Of a stretch of 64,000 nt of DNA, positions 26,501 to 35,976 are shown in pieces; the stretch's first letter is position 1, and each line of letters begins with the position of its first letter. The position numbers were made by a program, and so were the translations under genes. The notes beneath the pieces were generated by a model. That model was not told the origin of the DNA. It did not search any database and saw only the letters and a program-made list of their open reading frames with translations. The DNA comes from a virus (Duplodnaviria > Caudoviricetes), in the IMG/VR virus record IMGVR_UViG_3300021368_000002, one strand, 5' to 3'.

Positions 26501-28673
26501 ATTCACCATTTAATCCTTGTAAAGTACAATTTCTTAACCCTGTTCCATTATGCATTCTAAACATATCACTTAGTTCAAATGTTGGAGCAGGTTTTATTAC
26601 TGTGCTTCTAAGTTCGTCACCTACTATAGCAGTATCTGTAGGAACAACTATAGGAAGAACTTCTGAATATGTACCCGTTTTTACAAATATTGTTGCAGGG
26701 CGTCTACCTGCATCAGCACCAACATATTCACAAGCATATTTAATTGTTCTAAACGGACTTCCTTCAGTTCCTGCTGTAGGAATATCTTGCCCTCGTAGCG
26801 AAACATAATATGTATTATCGGCGAAATTTAACGAATCCCAAGTAACAATATTTGTGTTATCTACTACTAATGTAGATCCTACAGAACCTACAGGTTTTCT
26901 TACATCTGCTCCGTCTTCTCTAGTTTTAAGGTCTCCCCTGTTGTTTAGAACGTTTGTTGCACTGCCTTCATAAAAAGTTTCCCAGTAACTGCCGTCGTCA
27001 ACATTAGGAGCAACTAAACTACTATCATCTGACGAGTGAGATTGTATACATACATATGAACTGCCTGCAAAACCGACTACATCGCCTAAAGTATAATATG
27101 TTGCTTCTTGCCAAGGGCCTTTCCAATCGTTACCTGTAACAATTTTAACCCAACTTGAACTATCACTAGTAAATGTAATACCATTAGTGTCATACATTCC
27201 TGAATGGTTAACACATACAATGTAAATAGTACCTGCGTTTGGAGCAACTAATTCTATACTTCTTGAGGTTTCAGCATCGTCAAAGTTATCAAAATAATCT
27301 TCTCGTGTGCTTGCCACTCCGTCTATTCTATATGTAACATTTGTTTCATAATAATTGTAACTACCGCCATCATGATGACCGTTTTGTGTTGTGCTAAAAT
27401 ATATTGCGTGTCCTGAATTTGTAATACTTGATTGATCAAAAACGTAAGTATTACCAGCTACTAAATTAAGTGCAGGGGATTGAGTATTATTTACAAAATA
27501 CTTATTAGAAGAATTTACGTTTTCTACTGTAACTGTATAAGTTATAGTCTGAATAGGTTCAAAAGGATAAGAACTTGTATCTTGGATTGCACTAAAAATA
27601 TTACCGCCTTCACGAATTGTATCTCCTGAATAATAATATGTATTTTCAGTCCATTGACCTCTCCAATTATAACCTTCAACTACGATTTCCCAATTTGGAC
27701 TTCCTGCAGGTAAGTTACCTAAATTGTTATCTAGCAAACTTCTATAACTATATCCACCATACATAACAATATCACCATACTGATATGTTGTTAGTGAATT
27801 ATATAATGTTTCGTATCCTGTTCCTGGAATATAAAGTTGAAATGCGCCTTGTGGAAACTCTGTAGTGTTTGTAAGTGTGATACATTTTTGGAGACTACTT
27901 CCTACTCTTACAACATCGCCTACAAGATAAGTTGTATTGGCTGTCCATGTGCCCATGTAACGAACACCATCTAAAATTAATTCCCAGTTGCTACTATTGC
28001 CTTCTAAACCTATTAACGCACTTGCATCACTTGAATGTCCTACTGTACATCTGTATAGTCTTGCACCATATCTTACAATATTATCTTTATAATATCTAGT
28101 TGCTACGGTCCAGGTATTTCTCCATTGTGACCCTCTGTTTACATAGGTCCAATTTACAATATCGTTTTCTAAGCCTTGCGAAGCATCTGACGCAATATGT
28201 CCGGTAGTACAAATATATGTTGATCCGTTGTAATTTATTACATCACCTAATTCATACTGTCTACCTGCAACCCAAAAATCTCGCCAGTCAAAAGTTGTAG
28301 CGACAAAATCCCAATAGTCTATATTTTCAACTAGTCCGTCTATAGATAAATCAGCACTTGTATGACCTGTATTTGCTTTATATAAAGTTGCACCATACTT
28401 GACTATTTCGTTTTGTTCATACTTTGTTTGTGTTGTCCACAAACCTCTCCATTTTTGTCCATCTGACATTAATTCCCAGCGTGGTTCTGGATTGCCATAT
28501 TGATCTACTGCGTTTAAATCATTATCAAATGTGGCCGGATCAGCAATGTGTCCTATTAAACAAACGTAAATTTTACCGCCATTTGATACAATATCGTCTT
28601 GATTGTAAGATATGCCAGATCCGTGTGGACCTCTCCAAACATATTTAAATCGTGTAATATTAAACTCTGCCAT
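23559..28673 (-). CDS. Large tail/baseplate fibre protein (1704 aa), paralog of 19240-23508, with cupredoxin-like insert and BNR/Asp-box propeller
   Basis: Same CBM-like repeats, beta-helix and C-terminal YSQIRLTGHDFLDIGTGNFT..YP...GGGRVFYTSTDQDGNFRVG. Also has Asp-boxes YSTDGGTSW, STDGGSSW, SKDSGSSW and GH...CVNHSGM. Confidence 0.75.
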   Translation of the reverse strand: MAEFNITRFKYVWRGPHGSGISYNQDDIVSNGGKIYVCLIGHIADPATFDNDLNAVDQYGNPEPRWELMSDGQKWRGLWTTQTKYEQNEIVKYGATLYKANTGHTSADLSIDGLVENIDYWDFVATTFDWRDFWVAGRQYELGDVINYNGSTYICTTGHIASDASQGLENDIVNWTYVNRGSQWRNTWTVATRYYKDNIVRYGARLYRCTVGHSSDASALIGLEGNSSNWELILDGVRYMGTWTANTTYLVGDVVRVGSSLQKCITLTNTTEFPQGAFQLYIPGTGYETLYNSLTTYQYGDIVMYGGYSYRSLLDNNLGNLPAGSPNWEIVVEGYNWRGQWTENTYYYSGDTIREGGNIFSAIQDTSSYPFEPIQTITYTVTVENVNSSNKYFVNNTQSPALNLVAGNTYVFDQSSITNSGHAIYFSTTQNGHHDGGSYNYYETNVTYRIDGVASTREDYFDNFDDAETSRSIELVAPNAGTIYIVCVNHSGMYDTNGITFTSDSSSWVKIVTGNDWKGPWQEATYYTLGDVVGFAGSSYVCIQSHSSDDSSLVAPNVDDGSYWETFYEGSATNVLNNRGDLKTREDGADVRKPVGSVGSTLVVDNTNIVTWDSLNFADNTYYVSLRGQDIPTAGTEGSPFRTIKYACEYVGADAGRRPATIFVKTGTYSEVLPIVVPTDTAIVGDELRSTVIKPAPTFELSDMFRMHNGTGLRNCTLQGLNGELGEQNSYFTRRPNAGAYVALDPGTGPTDQSVWITSKSPYVQNVTTFGTGCIGMKIDGELHDGGNKSMVANDFTQILSDGIGYWANEEGKSELVSVFTYYCHIGYLATNGGKLRATNGNNSYGDYGSVAEGSNTAESAISAVLDNRTSEALVEATIIDNDDRVVGLVYEHAGQEYSNATTTVTGSGVSANLTYNDFRKRGVSQVRLLDADDSSTAGGFGFRRIENNAQAGSETQITLAAADENVSNDYVGMCIWIIKGIGAGQWGKIDTYDFSTKVATITNIWGQPGWNTIIEGKPIESSLDGTTRYSIEPYLDINKPGFNAGSVSTGSFKRIGASATDGENTVVLTSVQGSVFSYSTDGGTSWTNASVSDSDDWIGCVWVNDKFIAIGASGNSKTSADGINWSAGTIPGTAFSDIKAQGNVVMVTNPSADAIYVSTDGGSSWTTSTTGLGSGFNFVGVSGDYWMVCDTNGNIYESKDSGSSWIQGNNQSGLPLPANYIVTDFDGGPRSFVAMVRDSTSVNPARTVVAHVSGDQTPVFNLQESIKPNPSNLTETSIATWYVTGEQGLYFAMANTGATVASVDAINWYPLTPTGGVDVRAVNLISCTGQHYYIPANNSSASTITPITYGTPAIARCSVRSQSLDQINIVNPGAGYNTLPEGIIYDQNSTIDAVYQFRVNDGVLAQPFLTSGGIEYTRASVEILGDGYADIFPSSGIIFVKDLLRIPGPGDALTFGSLPGAQFSIQKIEDVTGTEPNLTARLQITPNLDTNTAPQHDTQVEIRQKYSQIRLTGHDFLDIGTGNFTETAYPNRYVFGYTSENTPRQFQETVGSGGGRVFYTSTDQDGNFRVGELFKVDQATGVVTISASQFDLSGLDELVLGGIVLGGTSAVVREFSKDQTFVANSDNIVPTQRAIAGYFEARISSGGAVVNANTLIAGDVQIQNKTIGLLPSGESTSLKVTAPVTAIGGMSGVGLQQNLFTAK

Positions 28674-28686
28674 ATTCTACTTCTTC

Positions 28687-29055
28687 CTAAACATCGGTTG
28701 GATATTCGTAACCTTGGTTAATTCTAACAACAAATTCGCCGTCATCGTTTATGTAATAATATACGTTTCTATCATCCCAACGGAATTGTTCATAATTTAA
28801 ATTCCTATAAACTATATTATGATACGTATCTCTACCTTCAAAAAAGTCTTGTCCTGGTTGGAAATTAGGGTAATCTTGGCTAGGATCATCACCAACGTTA
28901 TTAATTTGAATACCGTCGGCTACGTCAAGTTGATCAACTTTTGCAAAATGTAAATATCCGTCTGGGTCTCTTCTAAGTCCATAAAAATATCTTGCACCCT
29001 GTAAGGAATCTTGTAAAACTCCTACATCATTACCTACATAAAAATCTGACATCAT
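28687..29055 (-). CDS. Conserved hypothetical virion protein (122 aa), paralog of 39995-40501
   Basis: RYFYGLR....L..KVD.LD..DGI.IN..GD...QD(Y/F)P.F.PG.DFFEG.D...Y.NL.Y.Q..(W/F)DDR..YY..D.GE..(V/L)R is shared. The start may be the second ATG (29052). Confidence 0.7.
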   Translation of the reverse strand: MMSDFYVGNDVGVLQDSLQGARYFYGLRRDPDGYLHFAKVDQLDVADGIQINNVGDDPSQDYPNFQPGQDFFEGRDTYHNIVYRNLNYEQFRWDDRNVYYYINDDGEFVVRINQGYEYPTDV

Positions 29056-29071
29056 TTATCTCCAGTTATTG

Positions 29072-29079
29072 TATTTATC
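29072..29079 (-). promoter_or_regulatory. T4-late-like promoter GATAAATA
   Basis: Intergenic, 17 nt upstream of ATG 29055, SD GGAG follows. Confidence 0.6.
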
Positions 29080-29089
29080 AAGTTACGTT

Positions 29090-32000
29090 TTATAGATCGC
29101 CTGTATTTGTGCTAGGATATGCTCTATTTGGTCCCCATATAATTCTTACTGCGCCGTCACCGCCATCACCGCCTCTATGTGTACTACCGTTAACTGTTGC
29201 TGCGGATGCTGCACCGCCTCCTCCTCCATATGAACCGCCATAACCGCCATTTGTTGCGTTATAGCCGCCTGGATTAGAGCCACCGCTATTACCTCCAGAT
29301 CCTCCACGACCTCCAGACCCAGCACCTCCTGCTGCACCTGATGACCCTTCACCTAACAATCCAACACCGCCTCCTGCAGGTGCACCTACTAATCCATAAG
29401 TTTGTCCGCTACCGCCGCCACCACCTCCGGCTCCATTAGTACCCGAAGTTGTGCCATACCCGCCATCACCGCCGCGGCCGCTATAACCGCCAGCGCCACC
29501 ACCGCCACCGCCCCAGCTATTAGGCGCCGCAACACCACCACTTTGTCCTCCACGACCTCCGAATCCGTTACTTAGAGGACTGGTACTATATATGTAATTT
29601 CCACCTTTTGAACTACTGGTACTTGTGTAGACAACATTTCCGCTTGCTGCAAGGCCGCCTTGTCCGCCACTAGCCCATAGGTAGCCAGTCCCTTGATAAT
29701 CTATTCTAGATTCACCACCTCTAGCTCCATTTCCAGTACCACCAGTACCGCCTGCTCCTACAGTAATGTCTAAAACTTGTCCGCCAGTTACAGGTATTGA
29801 AACAGCAAATCCAAGGTTGCCTCCGCTGCCGCCAGACCCAGAATACGATCCTGTGCTGCCGCCGCCACCTGCTCCGCCGCCACCTACTACTACAGCACTT
29901 ATTGAAGTAACACCTGTTGGTACAGTCCAAGTAGTTGTTCCTGGAGTAGTAAATGCAACTTGTCCTACTGGATTAGCGGTAATTGTTATATCACTTGATG
30001 TGGCTCTAGTAATGCTCGAATCTATTTCATCGGTTATTTTTACTGTAAATGTTTCATCTGTGTTGTCTGCATCATCAGATGTTCCTACATTAATAACAGC
30101 AGAATTATTGTAAACATAAATTTGTTTGCTGTCTGGATTAGGAGTTTTTATATTTAAAATATTGCTCATTCCATAATGGTATTCACAAATATAGTAAAGA
30201 GTGTCAGGAGCAGTCAACGGAACTGTAAATACAACTGCTCCAGATTCAGCACCATTTCCTGTTACTCCGTTGCTGAACAAACTACCCGTTCCTGTTCCTC
30301 GTGCAGTTTTTATGTAAAAAGGATGCCCTGACGCACTAATATTGAATGTGTACGTAAATCCTCTGTATAATGTCATTTCTGGATTATTTACACTAGACAA
30401 CTCTTCACCGTTAAATGTATAAGCACTTGCACCACTATTAGTTACAGCATATGTAAACGAAGTTTGAGCATTTGCAAAATCGCTCTGTGTAGTACCTGTA
30501 CTCGAAGCTAACCAGTTTAATTTTGTTCCATCATTAATGTTAGTTGTTGTTAGATTAATTGCTAAACTATTACCTTCCAATACACTAGTACCATTTGGAT
30601 AAGAAAATGTATAAGTAGGAGCAACATTATTATCAGTTATCGTAACAGTAACTAGATTGCCATTTGTAGGATATGTATATCCGCCACTTAAATTGTATAT
30701 TTCAAAAATATTATTTGTGTCACCTATATAACTTGTTGCATCCGTAGTAGGTACCCCAATAGTGACAGATGTTTGTCCAGCATTAAATTGTCCAGTTCCG
30801 CTTGATAAACTAATGCGCTGATCCCCTGTTCCTACGACTCTCCATGCAAATGTTGGTGTATCGGAATAATTTTCTACTCCGTCTACTGTGCTTGTTCTGG
30901 TAACTACAAGGCTAATACTATTACCTTCTTCTACAGAACTTTCAGCTACTGAAATCGACATTAGTTTTACCACTGCAAGAACATCTTGAATAGTAATTGT
31001 ACAAGTGTCCCCGACGATAGTATAGTTATTAGTTGCTGTTATTAACCTTAGAGTGTTTGTTGTATTAGTTTGGGCACCTGATTCTGACGAAATAGGAATT
31101 ACAATAGTTGCTGTAGATTCTCCAGATATAAAGTTTACAGTTCCTACATTTTGGCTTATTCTATCATCGTTAGCTGTAGTAATTCTCCAAGAAACAGAAG
31201 ATCCTTCATTAGGTGTAGCTGCAACTCCGTTGATTTTGTAAACTCTTGAAACTTCTATTGCAGTGCTGTTGCCTTCTTCTACTGTTTCAGTTGATGCTAC
31301 ACTAATTGACCTAAATACGTTATTTAAATTTAATGTTGCTGAAGAAGTTGAAATAGTATATTTAGGATCCGATATATTAGTTATGTTTATAGTATTAGTA
31401 GTTGAATCACTGTCGGTGTTACCTGCAGACATAGAAACGTTAAATGATGCTGTATTTTCTCCTGCAGGAATTACAACTGTTCCTGAAGTGGGCGAAATAC
31501 GACTATCTGGATTTGATATTGACCAACTAACTGTTATGTCATGATTGTTATTTACTATACCATTTCTAGTTGCTGTTCTAGAAACTGTAATTGCACTTGT
31601 AGTACCTTCGGTTAAGTTATACGAGTTAGCTAAAAATCCTGCCGTATATGTAGGAGGATTAGGATTTGCAGTTATTTCTATATCTACTGTAACTCCTGTT
31701 TGATTAGCAGTAAATAGATATTGATCGCTAAGACTTCTTGCACAAACTCTATAAGTTCCTACGCTATTTCCTACTTGTCCAACAGAGTCATCTAACACAG
31801 GTATACATAATGTTTTTGTTACAGTATTAGCAGATGCATCAGGTTTAAATTGATGAAGTAACCAACAAGTCCCTGTTGCATTTGTTGATAAACTTGAAGG
31901 AATACTTAATGTTGATCCGCGTGTGCTAACATTGTATTCAAAAGTTGGTGTATCGCTAGTATAATAAACAGTTCCTGGTTGAGATGTATTTTCGTACAAA

Positions 32001-33370
32001 TCTTTCGTTCTATTACTAGGATAATTACGGTCATTACCCCAAATAATTCTTACAGCACCTTGTGTACCAGAGTCGCCTGCTCTAGAATCTCCTTGGTCTC
32101 CAGGCCAGCCTGCGCCTCCGCCTCCAGCACCAAAGTAACCATCTCCAACTGTTCCATTGCTTTTGTATCTACCATCTGATCCTAAAGATCCATTTGTACC
32201 ACCACCGCCGTTTGACAATGTTCCTGCGCTACCGCTAGTTCCATCAAACCCGTATATTCCAGTACTTCCTGCTTTTCCGTATCTATACCCACCTGCTCCG
32301 GCACCACCATTACCATCTTGTGCTGATTGATAATTTGCATCACCTACTTCGTATGCAATACCACCTGCGCCACCACTACCTGTATAACCACCAGCGCCGC
32401 CTCCAGCACCTGGATATCCTGTTTCTATAGCACCTTGTTGCGTGTATAAAACTGATATACCTCCGCCTTGGCCGCCAGCGCCACCACCAGCACAAGTAGA
32501 TCCTCCAGCAGTTAAATCAGTTATATATGTTCCTCCCGAGCCGCCATCATTTGATGTGTTGCCTCTTTGAGAAGTGCCGCCACCGCCACCGCCGGCACAT
32601 AAAATCATCGAACCACCTGTTATACAAACCGCAGAGTCTCCTCCAGCTGATCCGGAAAGTCCTGAATTACCTGTGCCGCCATTACCTACTTCAATTTCAA
32701 GAGTTCCTCCTGGAGTTACACTTACATCTTGCATCCATGCTAACGCTGCACCTCCGCCACCTTTACCCCAAGATCCAAACTGCCCTGATACTGCTCCGCC
32801 ACCTGCTCCGCCTCCGCCTATAGCTGCTATGCTAACAGATGAAACATTTGACGGTATTGTCCATGTGCAGTTTTGGGTAAAGAGCTGTTGTCCTTGAACA
32901 GGTTGATTGTCTATTGCAAAGGTTTTGATAAAAGGTATTTCAAACTGTGCGCCTGCATTATCGTAAACACTTGTTATAGCAGATCCAAAATCAATAGCTA
33001 CAGATTTGCCTGTCGGCCCTGTCGCTGTTTGTGTTAAAACAAATGGTGGCGACATTATAGTTTTAGAACCCACTGTGGCCAGTAATCTTACAGTTTGGTT
33101 TGTAAATGTTCCGCTATGCGAAATAGTTAATTTTGTAACATTATATCCAGTAGTATCTACACCTGCGGCTGCAAAAGCATAATTAGGAGCACTTGCTGTC
33201 TCTCCTTCTAATGTTTCTATCGACCATACAGTATTAGTTACGTCGGCCGCTAAATGATAGTCTACAGAAGTATTCGAAGGTGAAATAACAATATAATCAT
33301 GATCAGTTAAAACAATGCCGTCACCAGCACTGCTACTTGAAAGTATTGCTAATTTACCTATATCTGCCAT
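29090..33370 (-). CDS. Mosaic fibre/adhesin (1426 aa): two Gly-rich PGII-like domains, Calx-beta/Ig-like repeats, cupredoxin-like insert
   Basis: WT(I/V)P..V.S(V/I)S....GGGG.GG...GAVRIIWG..R.YPS occurs twice; (V)EEGNS..I.V.R..W.I....D.RIS...GT..F..G repeats; GHPF...CEYHYGM. Confidence 0.7.
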   Translation of the reverse strand: MADIGKLAILSSSSAGDGIVLTDHDYIVISPSNTSVDYHLAADVTNTVWSIETLEGETASAPNYAFAAAGVDTTGYNVTKLTISHSGTFTNQTVRLLATVGSKTIMSPPFVLTQTATGPTGKSVAIDFGSAITSVYDNAGAQFEIPFIKTFAIDNQPVQGQQLFTQNCTWTIPSNVSSVSIAAIGGGGAGGGAVSGQFGSWGKGGGGAALAWMQDVSVTPGGTLEIEVGNGGTGNSGLSGSAGGDSAVCITGGSMILCAGGGGGGTSQRGNTSNDGGSGGTYITDLTAGGSTCAGGGAGGQGGGISVLYTQQGAIETGYPGAGGGAGGYTGSGGAGGIAYEVGDANYQSAQDGNGGAGAGGYRYGKAGSTGIYGFDGTSGSAGTLSNGGGGTNGSLGSDGRYKSNGTVGDGYFGAGGGGAGWPGDQGDSRAGDSGTQGAVRIIWGNDRNYPSNRTKDLYENTSQPGTVYYTSDTPTFEYNVSTRGSTLSIPSSLSTNATGTCWLLHQFKPDASANTVTKTLCIPVLDDSVGQVGNSVGTYRVCARSLSDQYLFTANQTGVTVDIEITANPNPPTYTAGFLANSYNLTEGTTSAITVSRTATRNGIVNNNHDITVSWSISNPDSRISPTSGTVVIPAGENTASFNVSMSAGNTDSDSTTNTINITNISDPKYTISTSSATLNLNNVFRSISVASTETVEEGNSTAIEVSRVYKINGVAATPNEGSSVSWRITTANDDRISQNVGTVNFISGESTATIVIPISSESGAQTNTTNTLRLITATNNYTIVGDTCTITIQDVLAVVKLMSISVAESSVEEGNSISLVVTRTSTVDGVENYSDTPTFAWRVVGTGDQRISLSSGTGQFNAGQTSVTIGVPTTDATSYIGDTNNIFEIYNLSGGYTYPTNGNLVTVTITDNNVAPTYTFSYPNGTSVLEGNSLAINLTTTNINDGTKLNWLASSTGTTQSDFANAQTSFTYAVTNSGASAYTFNGEELSSVNNPEMTLYRGFTYTFNISASGHPFYIKTARGTGTGSLFSNGVTGNGAESGAVVFTVPLTAPDTLYYICEYHYGMSNILNIKTPNPDSKQIYVYNNSAVINVGTSDDADNTDETFTVKITDEIDSSITRATSSDITITANPVGQVAFTTPGTTTWTVPTGVTSISAVVVGGGGAGGGGSTGSYSGSGGSGGNLGFAVSIPVTGGQVLDITVGAGGTGGTGNGARGGESRIDYQGTGYLWASGGQGGLAASGNVVYTSTSSSKGGNYIYSTSPLSNGFGGRGGQSGGVAAPNSWGGGGGGAGGYSGRGGDGGYGTTSGTNGAGGGGGGSGQTYGLVGAPAGGGVGLLGEGSSGAAGGAGSGGRGGSGGNSGGSNPGGYNATNGGYGGSYGGGGGAASAATVNGSTHRGGDGGDGAVRIIWGPNRAYPSTNTGDL

Positions 33371-34299
33371 TAGCTAAATGCCTGTCCTGCTATAAATGCA
33401 TACCAAGATGTTCCGCCATTAGTAGAAATCGCAGAAATTATATCAGTTCCTGATTGAGTAAGCGTTGGTGCAGATCCGTTAGCCCACTGGAAACTAGGAG
33501 GCCAAGTTATTCCAAAACTCGCACTATTTGTAATTATAAAAGTTAATGTTGTGCCTGACGTTGGTACATTATTAATGCTAACAGTGTTTACAGCACTATC
33601 TAAAGATACTGAAAAAACACTAGAAGCACTACAATCAACTGTTAAAATATTACTTGCTGGGCTTATTGATGCAACAGGTTCTGTGTTTCTGCCTTTTACG
33701 TAAATGTTTCCTTTCATAGTTCCGTGAATAGAACATTGATAAGTCCAAGTTTCGCTATTATTATCTGGCGGAGTTGCATATAAAGTACCGTCAACTTTTC
33801 CTTGTGCATCGGCTCCTGTGCTTACAGTACCAGTTGGGCTGACATGAACTATGTAATCACCAGTAATATTCTGTCCATTTTGTTGTAATTGAAAAGGATG
33901 TCCATTACAGTCCAAATGAAATGCAACAGTATCTCCTGCTGTAACAGATATATTTTGATTAGTATCTCCGCCATCAAAAACATATGCATTTCCTGATGTA
34001 GTTACTGCATATGTACGTGCTGCATTTTTGTAAATTTGATCGTATGTCTTTGTAGCATTCTGCCAAGCTGTTCCGTTATAATATAACAATGCACCTGATG
34101 TAGGACTACTAATAAGTGTATCAGTTAATCCAGCAAAAGTCGACGATCCTGTGCCGCCGCCGCCACCTCCGCCTCCACTACCAGAGTCAGATATAACTGC
34201 TTTCCATAAATTTTTTGCAGATACATATGTGTAAACTGTATTTCCTACAACAAATTCTTGGTTGTTTACAGGATTGCTGGGAAAGTCTATTGCTGCCAT
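33370..34299 (-). CDS. Virion protein (309 aa) with cupredoxin-like domain
   Basis: N-terminal IDFPSNP..NQ.F......YTY...W; GHPFQL...YQCSIHGTM; C-terminal ITWP..F.W..G..PTL..SGTDII...S..GG..W. TAATG coupling to the next gene. Confidence 0.65.
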   Translation of the reverse strand: MAAIDFPSNPVNNQEFVVGNTVYTYVSAKNLWKAVISDSGSGGGGGGGGTGSSTFAGLTDTLISSPTSGALLYYNGTAWQNATKTYDQIYKNAARTYAVTTSGNAYVFDGGDTNQNISVTAGDTVAFHLDCNGHPFQLQQNGQNITGDYIVHVSPTGTVSTGADAQGKVDGTLYATPPDNNSETWTYQCSIHGTMKGNIYVKGRNTEPVASISPASNILTVDCSASSVFSVSLDSAVNTVSINNVPTSGTTLTFIITNSASFGITWPPSFQWANGSAPTLTQSGTDIISAISTNGGTSWYAFIAGQAFS

Positions 34300-34317
34300 T
34301 GTTTTATTCCTTTTATA

Positions 34318-34325
34318 TATTTAAG
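34318..34325 (-). promoter_or_regulatory. Late-promoter-like CTTAAATA
   Basis: TAAATA core overlapping the upstream stop, 19 nt before ATG 34299. Weaker match. Confidence 0.35.
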
Positions 34326-35976
34326 TTAAATCTATTGTAATTATTCCGTCAATAATATCAGTTGATGTACTTCTTGTAGAAGTAAGATTTGCTTCGTTGT
34401 CACCACCTAATATGTTATCACCATTATAATAAAACGCCCTGCCAAATCCACCATCTGTTCTAGGCGTGCTAGGAGACCATTCTGCAACCTTCAACCAATA
34501 GTTACCAGTCTGATACTCGTATGCAATTATTTCGCCACATCTATTTACCACTCCGCTATTTGCATTAGGATTTCCTACAAAAAATCTGTTTGCGGTTAGA
34601 TCTGCATAACTACAAATTCCAAAATCCGTTGTGCTTATATCAAAATTAAAAATTGTAGAATGATATTGGTAGAAAAATGTTCCTGCATTATAATTATATA
34701 TTTTAAAATAATATAAATCATTTGCAGAATCGTAAGTTCTTACTGCAAATTCATTTTCACTATAAATTTTACTAAATTTTTGTTTATCGTTTCCACCTAC
34801 GTTTACTGTTAGAGTATTTTGTGTTTGTAATGAATACGACCCTAGAGGACCTGACCATTGTTCGATCCTTGTGTAATCACCGTCATATGTTAATACAAGC
34901 AACACATCGTTAAGGAATTGTACATCTAATATTTTTTTATTAGAAGAATCATTATAATCTAATTTATAGACCTGTTGTTGTCTAGAATACTGCCCTGAAG
35001 GATCTGCTCTTGACCATACAGAAACGCCTCCTAAATATTCTACAACATTATTGACTTCTGTGCCCCAATATTCTCTTGAAATTAATTTATTATCTCTTAG
35101 AACAACAGGTTTACCGAAGCCTTCTGGTCCTGAACCTTCTGTTTCTGGATGACTAATTGTTTCTATAGCAGCTGACCAATTTAATCCTACGTCTTGTTTG
35201 ATATATTCTACATTTCTGCTGAATGGATTGTTATCGCTTGTGACTATTATGCCACTGTCCATAGCAACAAGATCGCCTATGTTTTCCATTACAGAATTTA
35301 ACGAATATGAACCATTAGTATAATTCCAAATTAAAGCCTTAGTACCTATTGTTCCTGTATTATTAGTGTTTGTAATTCTATTTGTAAATGTTATGTTTTG
35401 TCCATAAGCAGCAACATCTGTCGGCCAAGCGCCGTGTTGTCCTTGAGTAAAAATATTTGTTTTTACAACAGTTCTGCTTGACCAATACGGATCTCTTATC
35501 TGCAAAATCTTGTTATATGCACCTACTGTTAACACCAAACTTTCTGTCCCTTCAGTAATTGAGTCAGAAATAACTGGTATTTCAATTGTTGCAACACTAT
35601 TTGTAGTTGTAACATTTCCTGATAAAACAACTAGAATATCATTTGCTTGTACTCCTGCTATTTCATAGTTTATAACTGTTCCTGTACCACTGCCATTATA
35701 TGTTATTTTTGCATATGCAGTGCTTCCTTCCTCTATATATTCTATAGTTTCACCGTTGGCATTTTGGAATTCTAAAATATACACTTCTGGGGGTGTGTTA
35801 GGAAGTAATGGATCTTCTCCTAAAACTACTGGCAGGTTTAACCCTCCTACAGATATAAATGCTGTATCTATTGTATTGTCTATTAGCAAACTTCCTTCTG
35901 CATACCTTGTTGCAAGATCTACATTGTCTGATCTAATACCTTTTTTAGTTTTATATCTTTTTTGTCTGTAATCCAT
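34321..35976 (-). CDS. Virion protein (~551 aa): Calx-beta/Ig-like domain plus FG-GAP-like beta-propeller head
   Basis: IEEGSTAYAKITY...INYEIAGVQANDI...DSITEGTESLVLTV; C-terminal FFVGNPNA......G.IIAY and FGRA. Start set at ATG 35976 (TAATG overlap); the ORF track begins at 36015. Confidence 0.55.
   Translation of the reverse strand: MDYRQKRYKTKKGIRSDNVDLATRYAEGSLLIDNTIDTAFISVGGLNLPVVLGEDPLLPNTPPEVYILEFQNANGETIEYIEEGSTAYAKITYNGSGTGTVINYEIAGVQANDILVVLSGNVTTTNSVATIEIPVISDSITEGTESLVLTVGAYNKILQIRDPYWSSRTVVKTNIFTQGQHGAWPTDVAAYGQNITFTNRITNTNNTGTIGTKALIWNYTNGSYSLNSVMENIGDLVAMDSGIIVTSDNNPFSRNVEYIKQDVGLNWSAAIETISHPETEGSGPEGFGKPVVLRDNKLISREYWGTEVNNVVEYLGGVSVWSRADPSGQYSRQQQVYKLDYNDSSNKKILDVQFLNDVLLVLTYDGDYTRIEQWSGPLGSYSLQTQNTLTVNVGGNDKQKFSKIYSENEFAVRTYDSANDLYYFKIYNYNAGTFFYQYHSTIFNFDISTTDFGICSYADLTANRFFVGNPNANSGVVNRCGEIIAYEYQTGNYWLKVAEWSPSTPRTDGGFGRAFYYNGDNILGGDNEANLTSTRSTSTDIIDGIITIDLT

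Noticed and set aside
34150-34185. GC-rich (GGC/GGA/GGT)n tracts here and in the Gly-rich genes as contingency microsatellites or GC islands
   Set aside because: They encode poly-Gly linkers or PGII motifs with mixed codons, so they are not pure slippage tracts, and the local GC rise is explained by amino-acid content.
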